DNA of 27,184 bases from Polyangiaceae bacterium. Its GTDB lineage: Bacteria > Myxococcota_A > Polyangia > Polyangiales > Polyangiaceae. Position numbers and translations under genes: made by a program. Positions 8,467 through 18,473 of the stretch are shown here, in pieces; positions within the stretch are counted from its first letter, which is position 1, and each line of letters begins with the position of its first letter. The stretch covers positions 1 to 27,184 of the forward strand of contig JANRKO010000086.1 in NCBI GenBank assembly GCA_033763455.1, in the 5' to 3' direction. The notes under the pieces are model-generated. The model was not told where the DNA came from. It ran no database searches and worked only from the letters and a program-made list of their open reading frames with translations.

Positions 8467-8781
8467 GGTGCTGCGGAACCAGATGAATGTTACATCTTCG
8501 GAGATGGGAGCGAAGCCAGCGCCCCACACCTGGCGATCGAGGTAGAGTGGACGCGCGGGGGGATTAATAAACTTCAGGTTTATCGCAAGCTGGGTGTGGG
8601 GGAGATTTGGATTTGGGCGCACGGGCGCATCCAGGCGTACGAGCTCCGCGGCGAAGACTACGAGCCGATCGAACACAGCCATGTACTTTCCGGTATCGAT
8701 CTGCGCATGCTCGAACGCTTCGTGGATTCCCCCACCACGAGCCGCGCCATGCGTGAGTACCGGGACGCGATTCGTGGCTGA
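8467..8781 (+). pseudogene. 5'-truncated Uma2 family endonuclease
   Basis: One open frame GAAEPDECYIFG...APHLAIEVEWTRGGINKLQVYRKLGVGEIWIW...; no start between the upstream stop (8446-8448) and the EPD motif, so the N-terminal half is missing. Confidence 0.85.
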
Positions 8782-8872
8782 ATAGCCGCGTAGCCGCAGG
8801 GCTCGCGGAGGTTGTAGCGATACCAAGAACCAGCCGCGTCGGGCCGCCCCACGGTGACCCGTACGAGCAGTG

Positions 8873-8881
8873 TGCTAGGCT
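8873..8881 (+). promoter_or_regulatory. Extended -10 element, probable leaderless transcript
   Basis: TGcTAGGCT lies 7 nt before GTG 8889; no Shine-Dalgarno sequence. Confidence 0.45.
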
Positions 8882-8888
8882 CTCTCCT

Positions 8889-9701
8889 GTGTCGATCATC
8901 CCCTCACCCAAGTGGACGCTAGATCTTAGAGATCCGCGGGCGCCTTTGCAGGCGGTGTGGGACGCCATGACGGACGAAGAGCGTAGGGAGGTGGTTGAAA
9001 GCCTGCCCAGCGAGTTCCCGCCGGATGAAGCGCACCCGCCCGAGGGCGATCATCATTTCGAGGCGTACTCGGAGGCCCGCGATATCCTGTCACGCTGGTT
9101 CCGAGAGCGTGGCCGAAGAGTTTATGTGAGTGGCAATCTGCCAGTTTTTTATCCTGGCGAACACATGTTCTCCCCCGATGTGATCGCCGTGCTTGATGTC
9201 GAGCCACACCCGCGCCCCAGCTGGATCGTGTCGCACGAAGGCAAAGGCTTAGACTTTGCCCTTGAAGTGATCGTTTCCGGAAGCCGACGCAAAGACGTAA
9301 AGGACAACGTGGAGCGCTACGCTCAGCTCGGCATCGGGGAGTACTTCGTTTACGATTTCACCCGCCGTACGCTGAACGGTTATCGCCTCAAGGACGATAG
9401 CTATGAGCGAGCTGTACCCCAAGGCGGCGCCTTTCATTCAGCGGTGCTCGAGCTTGGGCTACGTTTGGAAGAAGGGAGGCTTCGCTTCTTGGTGGGCAAT
9501 GCAGTGCTTCCAAGCCAAAAGGAGCTCGTAGAGAGGCTGACCCATTTCGTGGATGACGCTCAAACGCGCGCCCTTGAGCTGGAGGCCGCGCTTGAAGAAG
9601 AGCAGAAGCGCCGCGAGGAAGAACAGAAGCGCCGCGAGGAAGCCGAACGCGAGCTCGAACTCGTAAAGGCCGAGCTCGAACGGTTGAAGAGCAACCGCTA
9701 A
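8889..9701 (+). CDS. Uma2 family endonuclease with C-terminal coiled coil
   Basis: PPEGDHH, FSPDVIAVLDV, DFALEV, RYAQLGIGEYFVYD; Glu/Arg-rich tail. Confidence 0.9.
   Translation: MSIIPSPKWTLDLRDPRAPLQAVWDAMTDEERREVVESLPSEFPPDEAHPPEGDHHFEAYSEARDILSRWFRERGRRVYVSGNLPVFYPGEHMFSPDVIAVLDVEPHPRPSWIVSHEGKGLDFALEVIVSGSRRKDVKDNVERYAQLGIGEYFVYDFTRRTLNGYRLKDDSYERAVPQGGAFHSAVLELGLRLEEGRLRFLVGNAVLPSQKELVERLTHFVDDAQTRALELEAALEEEQKRREEEQKRREEAERELELVKAELERLKSNR
9594..9644 (+). repeat. 21-bp coding tandem repeat (EEEQKRR heptad, about 2.4 copies)
   Basis: GAAGAAGAGCAGAAGCGCCGC / GAGGAAGAACAGAAGCGCCGC / GAGGAAGCC. Confidence 0.85.
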
Positions 9702-9804
9702 GGCTCGACGCTGCTTCCACACCGCGCCCGCGCAAGGCTGGCTCCCACGGGAGCACCCGTTCTTGGGGATTACTACCGCATCCCAGCCGCTGCCATCCAG
9801 CTGA

Positions 9805-9833
9805 TTGAACGGGGGGGGCGTCGGCTGTACGGT
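9805..9833 (+). promoter_or_regulatory. Putative sigma70-type promoter of glyQS with a G8 tract in the spacer
   Basis: TTGAAC (9805-9810)-N17-TACGGT (9828-9833), 10 nt before ATG 9844. Confidence 0.45.
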
Positions 9834-9843
9834 GCTGCCCGCT

Positions 9844-10824
9844 ATGTATTTTCAGGATCTCTTGCTGACGCTCCAGAACCACTGGGCCAAGCTCGGCTGC
9901 ATCGTTACGCAGGGTTACGACCTCGAGGTGGGCGCAGGAACCATGGCTCCCCCCACCTTTCTGCGCGCGCTCGGGCCGGAGCCGTGGAACATCGCCTACA
10001 TTCAGCCTTCGCGCCGCCCCACTGACGGGCGCTTTGGTGAGAACCCAAACCGGCTCTTTCAGCACCACCAGTTTCAGGTGATTCTGAAGCCCGCGCCCAA
10101 GAATGTGCAGGAGCTCTACCTTGATTCGATCAAGGCTTTCGGCATCGATCCGCTTGAGCACGATATCCGCTTTGTTGAAGACGACTGGGAATCCCCGACG
10201 CTCGGAGCTTCGGGCCTGGGCTGGGAAGTTTGGTGTGATGGCATGGAGATCACCCAGTTCACTTATTTTCAGAAGTGCGGCGGCTACGATTGTAAGCCCG
10301 TGTCAGCTGAGCTGACGTATGGGCTTGAGCGGATTGCCATGTACGTACAGGGAGTGGACAGCGTGTACGATATTGAGTGGGTGAAGGGCGTAAAGTACGG
10401 CGAAGTCTTCCACCAGAACGAAGTGGAAATGTCCGAATACGCGCTCAAAAAGTCCGACCCTGAGCAGCTTGAGATGCTTTTTCGGAGCTACGAAGCCGAG
10501 TGCAAGCGCCTGATCGACGAGAAGCTCCCGCTACCCGCTTACGATTTCGCCCTCAAGTGCAGCCACGCCTTCAACCTCTTGGATGCGCGCGGCGCGATTT
10601 CGGTCACCGATCGCGCGGGCTACATCAAGCGGGTGCGGGATAACGCCTCGCTGTGCGCCAAGGGCTACTTGAAGAATCGGCAAAAGCTCGGCTGGCCACT
10701 CTGCAAGACGGCTTGGACGGTGGGAGAGCAGTTGCCGATATTGGAAGGCAAAGCTGCGAGCGAGATGTGGAACACCATGAGCTTTGAGGACAAAGCGGAT
10801 CAGAAGGAGGCCCCCCGTGGCTGA
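9844..10824 (+). CDS. glyQ: Glycine--tRNA ligase alpha subunit
   Basis: [86 protein letters not shown]. Confidence 0.98.
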   Translation: MYFQDLLLTLQNHWAKLGCIVTQGYDLEVGAGTMAPPTFLRALGPEPWNIAYIQPSRRPTDGRFGENPNRLFQHHQFQVILKPAPKNVQELYLDSIKAFGIDPLEHDIRFVEDDWESPTLGASGLGWEVWCDGMEITQFTYFQKCGGYDCKPVSAELTYGLERIAMYVQGVDSVYDIEWVKGVKYGEVFHQNEVEMSEYALKKSDPEQLEMLFRSYEAECKRLIDEKLPLPAYDFALKCSHAFNLLDARGAISVTDRAGYIKRVRDNASLCAKGYLKNRQKLGWPLCKTAWTVGEQLPILEGKAASEMWNTMSFEDKADQKEAPRG

Positions 10825-12913
10825 GCTACTCTTCGAGCTGGGCACCGAGGAGTTGCCCGCACGCTTCGTGGCGCCCGCCCTGGAGGATCTCGAAAAGACC
10901 TTCCGGGAGCAGTGCGTTTTGCTCAACATTAAGCACGGCGCCGTGCGGCGCTTTGGCACTCCGCGGCGGCTCGCTTTACTAGTGAGCGACGTCGCGGAGC
11001 AGACCGACGACGTCACGAAGGAAGTCAGGGGCCCTTCGGTCAGCGCCGGCTTCGATGCCGAGGGTAAGCCGAAAGAGCCCGCCAAAAAGTTCGCCGAAAG
11101 CGCGCAGGTGCCCGTCGATCAGCTCAAGCGCATCTCCACACCCAAGGGCGAATACCTGGTGGCGATCGTGGAAGAGAAAGGCCGCCGCACGTTTGAGTTG
11201 TTCCCGGAAGTGCTCAACGCGTGCGCTCGGAAGATCAATTTCGCCAAGCAAATGCGCTGGGGCGACGTGGAGCAAAGTTTCGGTCGCCCGTTGCAGTGGA
11301 TCGTCGCACTCCTGGGCACCGAAGTCGTGCCGGTGGTGTATGCGGACGTAAAGAGCGGCCGAATCACCCGCGGACATCGTTTTCTCTCACCCGCGCCCAT
11401 CAACGTCCCCAAGCCCGCTGACTACGAGGGATTGCTGGAGCAGGCACATGTTATCCCCGACATGTCGAAGCGGCGCACCCTGTTGACGGAACGCATCGCC
11501 GCCGCTGCGAAAAACGTCGGCGGCACGGTGCTGCACGATGATGCGCTGATCGATCAGGTCACCAATCTTGTGGAGCTGCCCAATCCGGTGGTGGGTACCT
11601 TTGAAGAGCGGCACCTCGATCTTCCTCCAGAGGTTCTCATCCAAGAAATGAAGAGCCACCAGCGCTACTTCACGCTCGTGGACGCACAGGGCAAAGTGCA
11701 GCCAAAGTTCATCGCTGTCTCAAATACACCTGCAAAAGACGTGCAGTTGTCTATCCGAGGCTATGAACGTGTTTTGCGCGCGCGCCTTTCGGATGGCCGC
11801 TTCTTCTTTGATGAAGACCGCACCACGCCGCTCATGGATCGCCTCCCCAGCCTCCACAAGCGTTCGTGGATCGAGAAGCTCGGCAGCATGGCGGAAAAGA
11901 CTGACCGCATTCGTGCGTTGGCAGTATTCCTCGCCAAAGCTCTTGGGAAATCTAACGCAATCGCTACCGTCGAGCGCGCCGCCACCCTCTGCAAAGCGGA
12001 CCTCAACACGGGCATGGTGGGCGAGTTCCCCGAGCTCCAGGGCGTGATGGGTCGAGAGTACGCGCTCCACGACAAGGAACCCAAAGAAGTGGCGCTCGCA
12101 ATCTTCGAGCATTACCTGCCTCGCGGTGCCGGTGATGGCCTGCCCACTGAGGATCCGGGTGCCATCATTGGGCTTGCGGATCGTCTGGATACGCTCTCAG
12201 GGCTCTTCGGCATCGGCAAAAAGCCCACTGGTGCAAAAGATGAATTCGCGCTCAGGCGCGCAGCTATCACCTTTATTCGCATCGCTACGGCGCGCCGCTA
12301 CCGCTTCTCGCTTTCCGCGGCGCTGGATGAATCGATTTCCCTTTTAGGTCCCAAGCTCGCCGATGCAAAGCGCAAGCCCACGGACCCAAGTGTAAAAGAG
12401 CAGCTCTTGGAATTCTTCCGAGGGCGGCTTGAATCCACCTGGCGCGAAGCCCACCGGGCGGATGTCGTGGAGGCGGTGCTCTCTTCGGGCTTCGACGATC
12501 TTGTGGCAACCGAGCTGCGCTTAGCAGCGATTTCTGCGTACGTGAGCCGCCCCGACTTCTCGGCTCTCGCAGCGACCTTCAAGCGTGTTGCCAACATCGT
12601 TGAGAAGCAGGCCAAGGACATTACCCGCGCCGAGGTGGACGCGCAAAAGCTCACGGACGACGCGGAAAAAGCTCTTTACGCAGAGGTTTCAAAAGTGAGC
12701 GCGGCTTTCTTCGCGGCGGTGAATGCGGACGATTATGCGAACGCGATGGCCAAGATCGTACCGCTCCGGCCCTTCGTTGATGCCTTCTTCGATCAAGTGA
12801 TGGTGATGGCGGAAGATAAGGCGCTGCGGGAGAATCGCGTGCGCCTACTTATGCAGATCGGCGCATTTTTCGGCACTATCGCAGATTTTGCCAAGATCCA
12901 GCCGGAATCGTAG
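10817..12913 (+). CDS. glyS: Glycine--tRNA ligase beta subunit
   Basis: AAGGAGG RBS, GTG overlapping the glyQ end; [53 protein letters not shown]. Confidence 0.98.
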   Translation: MAELLFELGTEELPARFVAPALEDLEKTFREQCVLLNIKHGAVRRFGTPRRLALLVSDVAEQTDDVTKEVRGPSVSAGFDAEGKPKEPAKKFAESAQVPVDQLKRISTPKGEYLVAIVEEKGRRTFELFPEVLNACARKINFAKQMRWGDVEQSFGRPLQWIVALLGTEVVPVVYADVKSGRITRGHRFLSPAPINVPKPADYEGLLEQAHVIPDMSKRRTLLTERIAAAAKNVGGTVLHDDALIDQVTNLVELPNPVVGTFEERHLDLPPEVLIQEMKSHQRYFTLVDAQGKVQPKFIAVSNTPAKDVQLSIRGYERVLRARLSDGRFFFDEDRTTPLMDRLPSLHKRSWIEKLGSMAEKTDRIRALAVFLAKALGKSNAIATVERAATLCKADLNTGMVGEFPELQGVMGREYALHDKEPKEVALAIFEHYLPRGAGDGLPTEDPGAIIGLADRLDTLSGLFGIGKKPTGAKDEFALRRAAITFIRIATARRYRFSLSAALDESISLLGPKLADAKRKPTDPSVKEQLLEFFRGRLESTWREAHRADVVEAVLSSGFDDLVATELRLAAISAYVSRPDFSALAATFKRVANIVEKQAKDITRAEVDAQKLTDDAEKALYAEVSKVSAAFFAAVNADDYANAMAKIVPLRPFVDAFFDQVMVMAEDKALRENRVRLLMQIGAFFGTIADFAKIQPES

Positions 12914-12922
12914 AGGTCCGCT

Positions 12923-15900
12923 GTGCGAATCAACGGTACCCTGAGATTCTTGCTTGCGCTGTCGCTCGTGGCGCTTGGCTTTCTCGGGCTCATCCTGGGT
13001 GTGGCCTGGTGGATTCGGCCGAATATGGCGAACGCTCCGCGCGCCCACGCACCCGAGCTTTTGGAACGCGTTCGTGAATCTCGGCGTCCTAGAATCAATG
13101 CGAAAGCTCCTCCGCGAGTCCAACTTGAAGTGGACTATGGCGCAGCAAATGCAAGCTCTCTGCCTTGGTTTCCGAAAGGCGAGTCGCCGTTGGTAAAACC
13201 GCTCGTGGCCACCGGTAAGCTGCCACCTTTGCTCGAACGCATCGGTCCAGAACCCCTCGTTCTTCAGTCCAAACAAGTAGGTGAATACGGCGGCGTGTGG
13301 CGCCAAACTACCTTCAGCGATACGGCAGCCTTCGAATACATGGAGCGGCGCCTCGGGCAAAATCAGCTGGTGCATTGGTCGCCCCAGGGCTTTCCTGTGG
13401 TGCCGCACCTGGCGAAAAGCTTCAAAAATAACGACAATTATACCGAATTTACGTTCGAACTTCGAAAGGGCGTGCGCTGGAGCGATGGCATGCCATTTAC
13501 GGCCGAGGACATCCTCTACTGGTGGCAGAACGAAGCGAATGATCCGGTGCTCGGCGCCAGTGCACTTCCCCCGTTCATGCGAATTCGCGGCAAACTCGGC
13601 AAGGTTGAAAAGCTGGATGATTTTACTGTCCGCTTCAGCTTTGAATCTCCGAACGGGCTCTTCTTGCCCAAGCTGGCGACGTTTTTCGGGCTCCTGCTGA
13701 CCGAATCGCCCGCACATTACCTGAAGCAATTTCACCCACGCCTAGGGGACCAAGCTCTGATACGGCGAACGATGGAGCAAAAGGGATTGCCAAGCCCGAA
13801 TGCCGTCTACACCGATGCCAAACGCTTCCAAAATCCCGCACACCCGCGCCTTTGGCCGTGGGTCTACCGCACCCACTCCGCCACGGCTCCCTACAACTTC
13901 GAACGCAACCCGTATTATTTTGCTGTCGACCAAGCCGGAAATCAGCTGCCTTACGTCGACCGTGTTCAGATGCACCGGCGTACGGGCGAGGCCGTTTCTG
14001 CAGCCATTTTAAGCGGGGAGTATGCATTTTCGCCAGTGGGTGGCGATACCTACACGCTGATGATGTCGGAAGCCGAACGCCACGCATTGCATGTGATCCA
14101 CTGGTATCGCGGCGATCGCAGTCCGTTCGTCATTTACCCAAACCTGAACCGTCATGTAGTGCCGAACACGGACGGCAATGAAACAGCCCACCGCACCACG
14201 CGCAACAAACATGAGCTTCTGAACGATAAGCGCTTTCGCCAGGCGCTCTCCCTTGCCGTTCAACGCCAGGAGATCATCGACGCCGAGTATCCTGGGCTCG
14301 GTGTTACCGCGGCCCAAGCTGCTCCAGATGAGTCTTCCCTCTTCTACGAGCCAAGTGCGTTCAAGGCCTTCGCCTCCTTCGACCCCAATCGGGCCAATCA
14401 GCTCTTGGACGAGATCGGTTTGACGGAGCGAGACCTAGAAGGGATGCGCCTGTTTCGGGATGGCACCCCGATGACGTTTTTCGTGCACTTCGCGCACGTC
14501 AACTTCGTTACCCTGGCGCAATTTGTCACCGAAGATTGGCGCCGCATCGGTATCCGAGCCATCCCACTCTTGCAGGGCGATCGGCTCTTTTACGCCGAGA
14601 AGAACTCTTTGGTTCACGATTTTAGCCTCTGGACCAGCAATAACGAATTCCTGCCCATCATCGAAGCGCGCTCGTTCGTACCCATTCGGGAAGAATCCAA
14701 CTTCGGCATCGGCTTCGCGCGCTGGTACCAAAACGGAGGCCTGTACGGAAATCCGAAGGCGAGCGCCGCGGGCGCCGTGGTCCCCCCCAAAGATCATCCG
14801 ATACTAAAGGCCTACGAGCTCTACGAAAACATGAGCGAAGTAGGCGAGCCAGAGGCGCAGGCGGAGCGCTTCCGCAGCATTCTGAAGCTTGCCGCTGAGA
14901 ATGTGTGGACCATCAGCGTGGCTACCATGCCACCTTACGCCATTGCCGTTCAGGATGCCTTTCAGAACGTGCCGGACGACGTCGTCTTCACGTGGGATTT
15001 TCTTTCGCCAGGCAATGCGTATCCCGAGCGCTTCTTCTTCAAAGGCGCCACCACCACCGAGGAGAGCACCCGGCAGATCCGCGCGGCTGTGCTTTCCGTT
15101 ACGCCACCTCCCAATTCTCCACTGCCCAAAGCTAGCGGAGTCACCGCACCGGCCGAAAGGGGTTGGCTGGGGCACGCACTCGGGCCCATATTGCTGGGAA
15201 TATTGGGCATTTTTTGCCTACTTCTTGTGCTCCGGCATCCATACGTGGGCAAGCGCCTGCTCGTGATGGTGCCCACCCTGTTGGTCATCTCAGTGGTGGT
15301 GTTTGCCATCATTCAGCTCCCTCCGTCCGATTTCTTGACGGCCAAAACCATGGAGCTTGAACGTCAGGGGGAGCAGGCTAACCGCCAAGCCATCAAAGAG
15401 CTTGAGGACATGTTCTACCTCAATGATCCGCAGCCTGTCCGCTACGCGCGCTGGATGGGGCTCTACTGGTTTGGCTCTTTCGACCAGAAAGACTCGGGCC
15501 TCCTGCAGGGCAATCTTGGTCGTTCTATGGATACGCTTCAACGGGTAGACACCATCGTGGGGGATCGCATTCTCTTAACGGTGTTGATCTCCCTGGGCAC
15601 CATTCTTTTTACCTGGGCCATCGCCATCCCACTCGGGATCTACTCCGCAGTGCGCCAGTATTCAGTGATGGATCACATCCTTACCTTCCTTGGCTTTTTG
15701 GGAATGTGCGTACCGCCATTCCTGCTGGCGCTTGTCTTGATGTACCTTTCCGATCGCTACCTTGGGGTGAGTGTCACGGGCCTCATGTCGGCTGAGCAAG
15801 CCGATAGGCCCTGGGATTTTGCGAAGATTTGGGACCTTTTGAAGCACGTGTGGCTGCCCATTGTGGTGCTCGGCGTGGGGGGCACGGCGGGCATGATTCG

Positions 15901-16264
15901 GGTACTCCGCGCGAACCTGCTGGATGAGTTGAACAAGCCGTACGTTACGGCGGCGCGCGCACGTGGGGTGCGGCCACTTGCATTACTACTCAAGTATCCC
16001 GTGCGCTTGGCACTCAATCCGTTTGTTTCCGGCATTGGCGGGCTTTTCCCCGCGTTGGTCTCCGGCGGCGCCTTGGTAGGCATTGTCTTGAGCTTGCCTA
16101 TCGTGGGGCCGCTGTTGCTCGAGGCTCTCATGATGGAAGACATGTACCTCGCGGGCTCGATGCTCATGGTGCTGAGCCTCTTGGGGGTGCTGGGTACGCT
16201 GGTGAGCGACCTTATGTTGCTCTGGATAGATCCCCGGATCCGCTTTCAAGGAGGGTCCCGCTGA
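12923..16264 (+). CDS. ABC importer: family-5 solute-binding protein fused to OppB/DppB-type permease
   Basis: N-terminal TM; SBP motifs GKLPPLLERIG, LRKGVRWSDGMPFTAEDI, ERNPYYFAVDQAGNQLPYVD; permease from about 15240 (YVGKRLL...FAIIQLPP, GNLGRS, EAA loop YVTAARARG, IDPRIRF). Single uninterrupted 1113-codon frame. Confidence 0.92.
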   Translation: MRINGTLRFLLALSLVALGFLGLILGVAWWIRPNMANAPRAHAPELLERVRESRRPRINAKAPPRVQLEVDYGAANASSLPWFPKGESPLVKPLVATGKLPPLLERIGPEPLVLQSKQVGEYGGVWRQTTFSDTAAFEYMERRLGQNQLVHWSPQGFPVVPHLAKSFKNNDNYTEFTFELRKGVRWSDGMPFTAEDILYWWQNEANDPVLGASALPPFMRIRGKLGKVEKLDDFTVRFSFESPNGLFLPKLATFFGLLLTESPAHYLKQFHPRLGDQALIRRTMEQKGLPSPNAVYTDAKRFQNPAHPRLWPWVYRTHSATAPYNFERNPYYFAVDQAGNQLPYVDRVQMHRRTGEAVSAAILSGEYAFSPVGGDTYTLMMSEAERHALHVIHWYRGDRSPFVIYPNLNRHVVPNTDGNETAHRTTRNKHELLNDKRFRQALSLAVQRQEIIDAEYPGLGVTAAQAAPDESSLFYEPSAFKAFASFDPNRANQLLDEIGLTERDLEGMRLFRDGTPMTFFVHFAHVNFVTLAQFVTEDWRRIGIRAIPLLQGDRLFYAEKNSLVHDFSLWTSNNEFLPIIEARSFVPIREESNFGIGFARWYQNGGLYGNPKASAAGAVVPPKDHPILKAYELYENMSEVGEPEAQAERFRSILKLAAENVWTISVATMPPYAIAVQDAFQNVPDDVVFTWDFLSPGNAYPERFFFKGATTTEESTRQIRAAVLSVTPPPNSPLPKASGVTAPAERGWLGHALGPILLGILGIFCLLLVLRHPYVGKRLLVMVPTLLVISVVVFAIIQLPPSDFLTAKTMELERQGEQANRQAIKELEDMFYLNDPQPVRYARWMGLYWFGSFDQKDSGLLQGNLGRSMDTLQRVDTIVGDRILLTVLISLGTILFTWAIAIPLGIYSAVRQYSVMDHILTFLGFLGMCVPPFLLALVLMYLSDRYLGVSVTGLMSAEQADRPWDFAKIWDLLKHVWLPIVVLGVGGTAGMIRVLRANLLDELNKPYVTAARARGVRPLALLLKYPVRLALNPFVSGIGGLFPALVSGGALVGIVLSLPIVGPLLLEALMMEDMYLAGSMLMVLSLLGVLGTLVSDLMLLWIDPRIRFQGGSR

Positions 16265-17466
16265 TGGCAAGCGCGCCAACCGCAGAGAACCAACCGGCTT
16301 CGCCATCCTCCATGCCTGCACGTCCACCACCTGCGTCCCAATCGCGGCTGATCTGGAAGCGCTTCCGGCGCCATCACACGGCCTACGCTAGCCTGCTTCT
16401 GCTTGCACTCATCGGAATCACCGGTATTTTCGCCGAATTCTTTGCGCCGTATTCGCGCGAATGGCGCGATGTACATCACGCGTATTGCCCCCCCACGCCA
16501 CCTCGGTTCAGCTTCGAGCATGGCCTTCACATCCTGAATGTAAAGCCCTCGATGGATCCACTAACGCTTCGCCGGATCTACATCGAAGACGCTTCGGACG
16601 TTGTACCTTTGGGGTTCTTTGTGCCGGGCGTGCCCTATGAGCTCATGGGCTTCATCCCCTGGGATCGGCACCTGCTGGGCGTAGACAGGAACACTTACGC
16701 ACAAAGGAGCACTCGGCCGTCACCTTCCAGAGCATCCGCAACGGTCACAGAAAAGCCCGTTGCACCACAATTCTACGTCTTCGGCGCGGACCGCTACGGA
16801 CGAGATATCCTAAGCCGCCTCATCCACGGCTCGCGTATTTCGTTGAGTGTTGGCCTCGTGGGCATCTTGGTGACGTTCATCTTAGGCCTCGTGGTTGGCG
16901 GCATCTCCGGCTACGTGGGGGGCCGTGTAGATAATCTCATCCAGCGCAGTATCGAAGTGATCAACGCCTTCCCTCAATTGCCGCTTTGGCTCTCACTAGC
17001 CGCGATTTTGCCCAAAGATTGGTCGTCCCTGAAAATCTACTTCGGCATCACGGTAGTCTTGAGCTTGCTCAACTGGACGGGTTTGGCGCGCGTAGTTCGC
17101 GGCAAGATCTTGAGCCTTCGTGAGGAAGATTACGTGGTGGCAGCCCGCTTACTCGGAGCTTCGCACACACGCATCATCACGCGCCACCTTCTGCCCGGTT
17201 TCACGAGTCACATCATCGTAACGCTCACTTTGAGTGTGCCCGGTATGATCCTCGGGGAAACCAGCCTCAGCTTCCTCGGCTTAGGCCTGCGACCTCCCAT
17301 CGTAAGCTGGGGCGTTATGCTGCAAGACGCAACCAATCTGCAGGTGGTTTCGAGCTACCCGTGGGTCCTTCTACCCGTAGTCTTCATCATCCTCGTTGTG
17401 CTCGGCTTCAACTTCTTGGGCGATGGCCTGAGGGATGCCGCCGATCCTTACGCTTCCAGGAACTGA
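16264..17466 (+). CDS. ABC transporter permease, OppC/DppC type
   Basis: TGATG coupling to upstream gene; GADRYGRDILSRL..GSRISL, LREEDYVVAARLLGAS, ETSLSFLGLG, FNFLGDGLRDAADP. Confidence 0.95.
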   Translation: MASAPTAENQPASPSSMPARPPPASQSRLIWKRFRRHHTAYASLLLLALIGITGIFAEFFAPYSREWRDVHHAYCPPTPPRFSFEHGLHILNVKPSMDPLTLRRIYIEDASDVVPLGFFVPGVPYELMGFIPWDRHLLGVDRNTYAQRSTRPSPSRASATVTEKPVAPQFYVFGADRYGRDILSRLIHGSRISLSVGLVGILVTFILGLVVGGISGYVGGRVDNLIQRSIEVINAFPQLPLWLSLAAILPKDWSSLKIYFGITVVLSLLNWTGLARVVRGKILSLREEDYVVAARLLGASHTRIITRHLLPGFTSHIIVTLTLSVPGMILGETSLSFLGLGLRPPIVSWGVMLQDATNLQVVSSYPWVLLPVVFIILVVLGFNFLGDGLRDAADPYASRN

Positions 17467-17471
17467 CGGCA

Positions 17472-18473
17472 ATGCCCAACGATTTCGTGCTGGAAGTAAA
17501 GGATCTCAAGACGTCCTTTTTTGTCGATGGCGTAGAGCTCAAAGCTGTTGATGGTGCTTCTTTCCAAGTGCGGCGAGGGCGAGTGGTAGCGATCGTGGGA
17601 GAGAGTGGCTGCGGAAAGAGCGTCTCGGCATATTCCATTTTGCGCCTGGTGAAGCCCCCGGGACGCATCGTCGGTGGGCGAATCCTGATCCACCCGCACT
17701 CGGACAGCACGATAGACATAACGGCACTCAGCGAGGATTCCGACAAGCTCTACGCGCTACGGGGCGGCACTGTCGGCATGATCTTCCAAGAACCGATGAC
17801 CGCCCTTTCGCCAGTTCACACGGTTGGTAATCAGCTTGCAGAAGCTATCCGTCTGCACCGTCGCCAATCAACCCAAGCTATCGACCGCGAAGCAGCCACG
17901 CTACTTGGGAAGGTGGGCATCGCAGCGCCCGAGCAGGCTCTCAAGAAGTATCCGCATGAGCTTTCTGGAGGCATGCGCCAGCGAGTAGTCATCGCCATTG
18001 CGCTCGCCAATAGCCCCGAGCTGGTGATCGCGGATGAGCCCACCACCGCGCTCGACGTCACACTTCAGGCACAAATTTTAGGGCTTTTGAAGAGCCTCAA
18101 GCGCGAACACAACCTTTCAGTCTTGCTCATCACCCACGATCTAGGCGTGGTTGCCCAGACGGCTGACGACATCGTGCTCATGTACCTCGGGCGCGTGGTG
18201 GAAGCGGGGCCGCTCCGCGAAGTGCTCAGAAACCCACAACACCCGTACACGCGCGGCTTGCTTGATTCGATCCCCAGCCGCTCCGAGCGAGGAAAGCCTC
18301 TTCCCTCCATCGAAGGCAACGTGCCCTCCTTAAAGGAAATCCCACCGGGCTGCCCATTTCACCCCCGTTGCCGGTACGCTGTACCAGGCCGTTGCGACCA
18401 AGGCTTACCTCCGCCTACGCTAGCTCTCAACGCTGAACACACGGTGGCCTGCCTTCGAATGGGGGAGCTCTAA
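17472..18473 (+). CDS. ABC transporter ATP-binding protein, OppD/DppD type
   Basis: Walker A GESGCGKS, LSGGMRQR, IADEPTTALD, HPYT, GCPFHPRC. Start at ATG 17472. Confidence 0.96.
   Translation: MPNDFVLEVKDLKTSFFVDGVELKAVDGASFQVRRGRVVAIVGESGCGKSVSAYSILRLVKPPGRIVGGRILIHPHSDSTIDITALSEDSDKLYALRGGTVGMIFQEPMTALSPVHTVGNQLAEAIRLHRRQSTQAIDREAATLLGKVGIAAPEQALKKYPHELSGGMRQRVVIAIALANSPELVIADEPTTALDVTLQAQILGLLKSLKREHNLSVLLITHDLGVVAQTADDIVLMYLGRVVEAGPLREVLRNPQHPYTRGLLDSIPSRSERGKPLPSIEGNVPSLKEIPPGCPFHPRCRYAVPGRCDQGLPPPTLALNAEHTVACLRMGEL

Noticed and set aside
9702..9843. T-box or glycine riboswitch upstream of glyQ
   Set aside because: No T-box (AAnnnGGGTGGnACC) or glycine aptamer consensus, and the putative promoter leaves almost no leader.
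9388..16530. Long minus-strand ORFs (e.g. 9388-10161, 12845-13735)
   Set aside because: Antisense to well-supported genes; typical shadows in GC-rich DNA.
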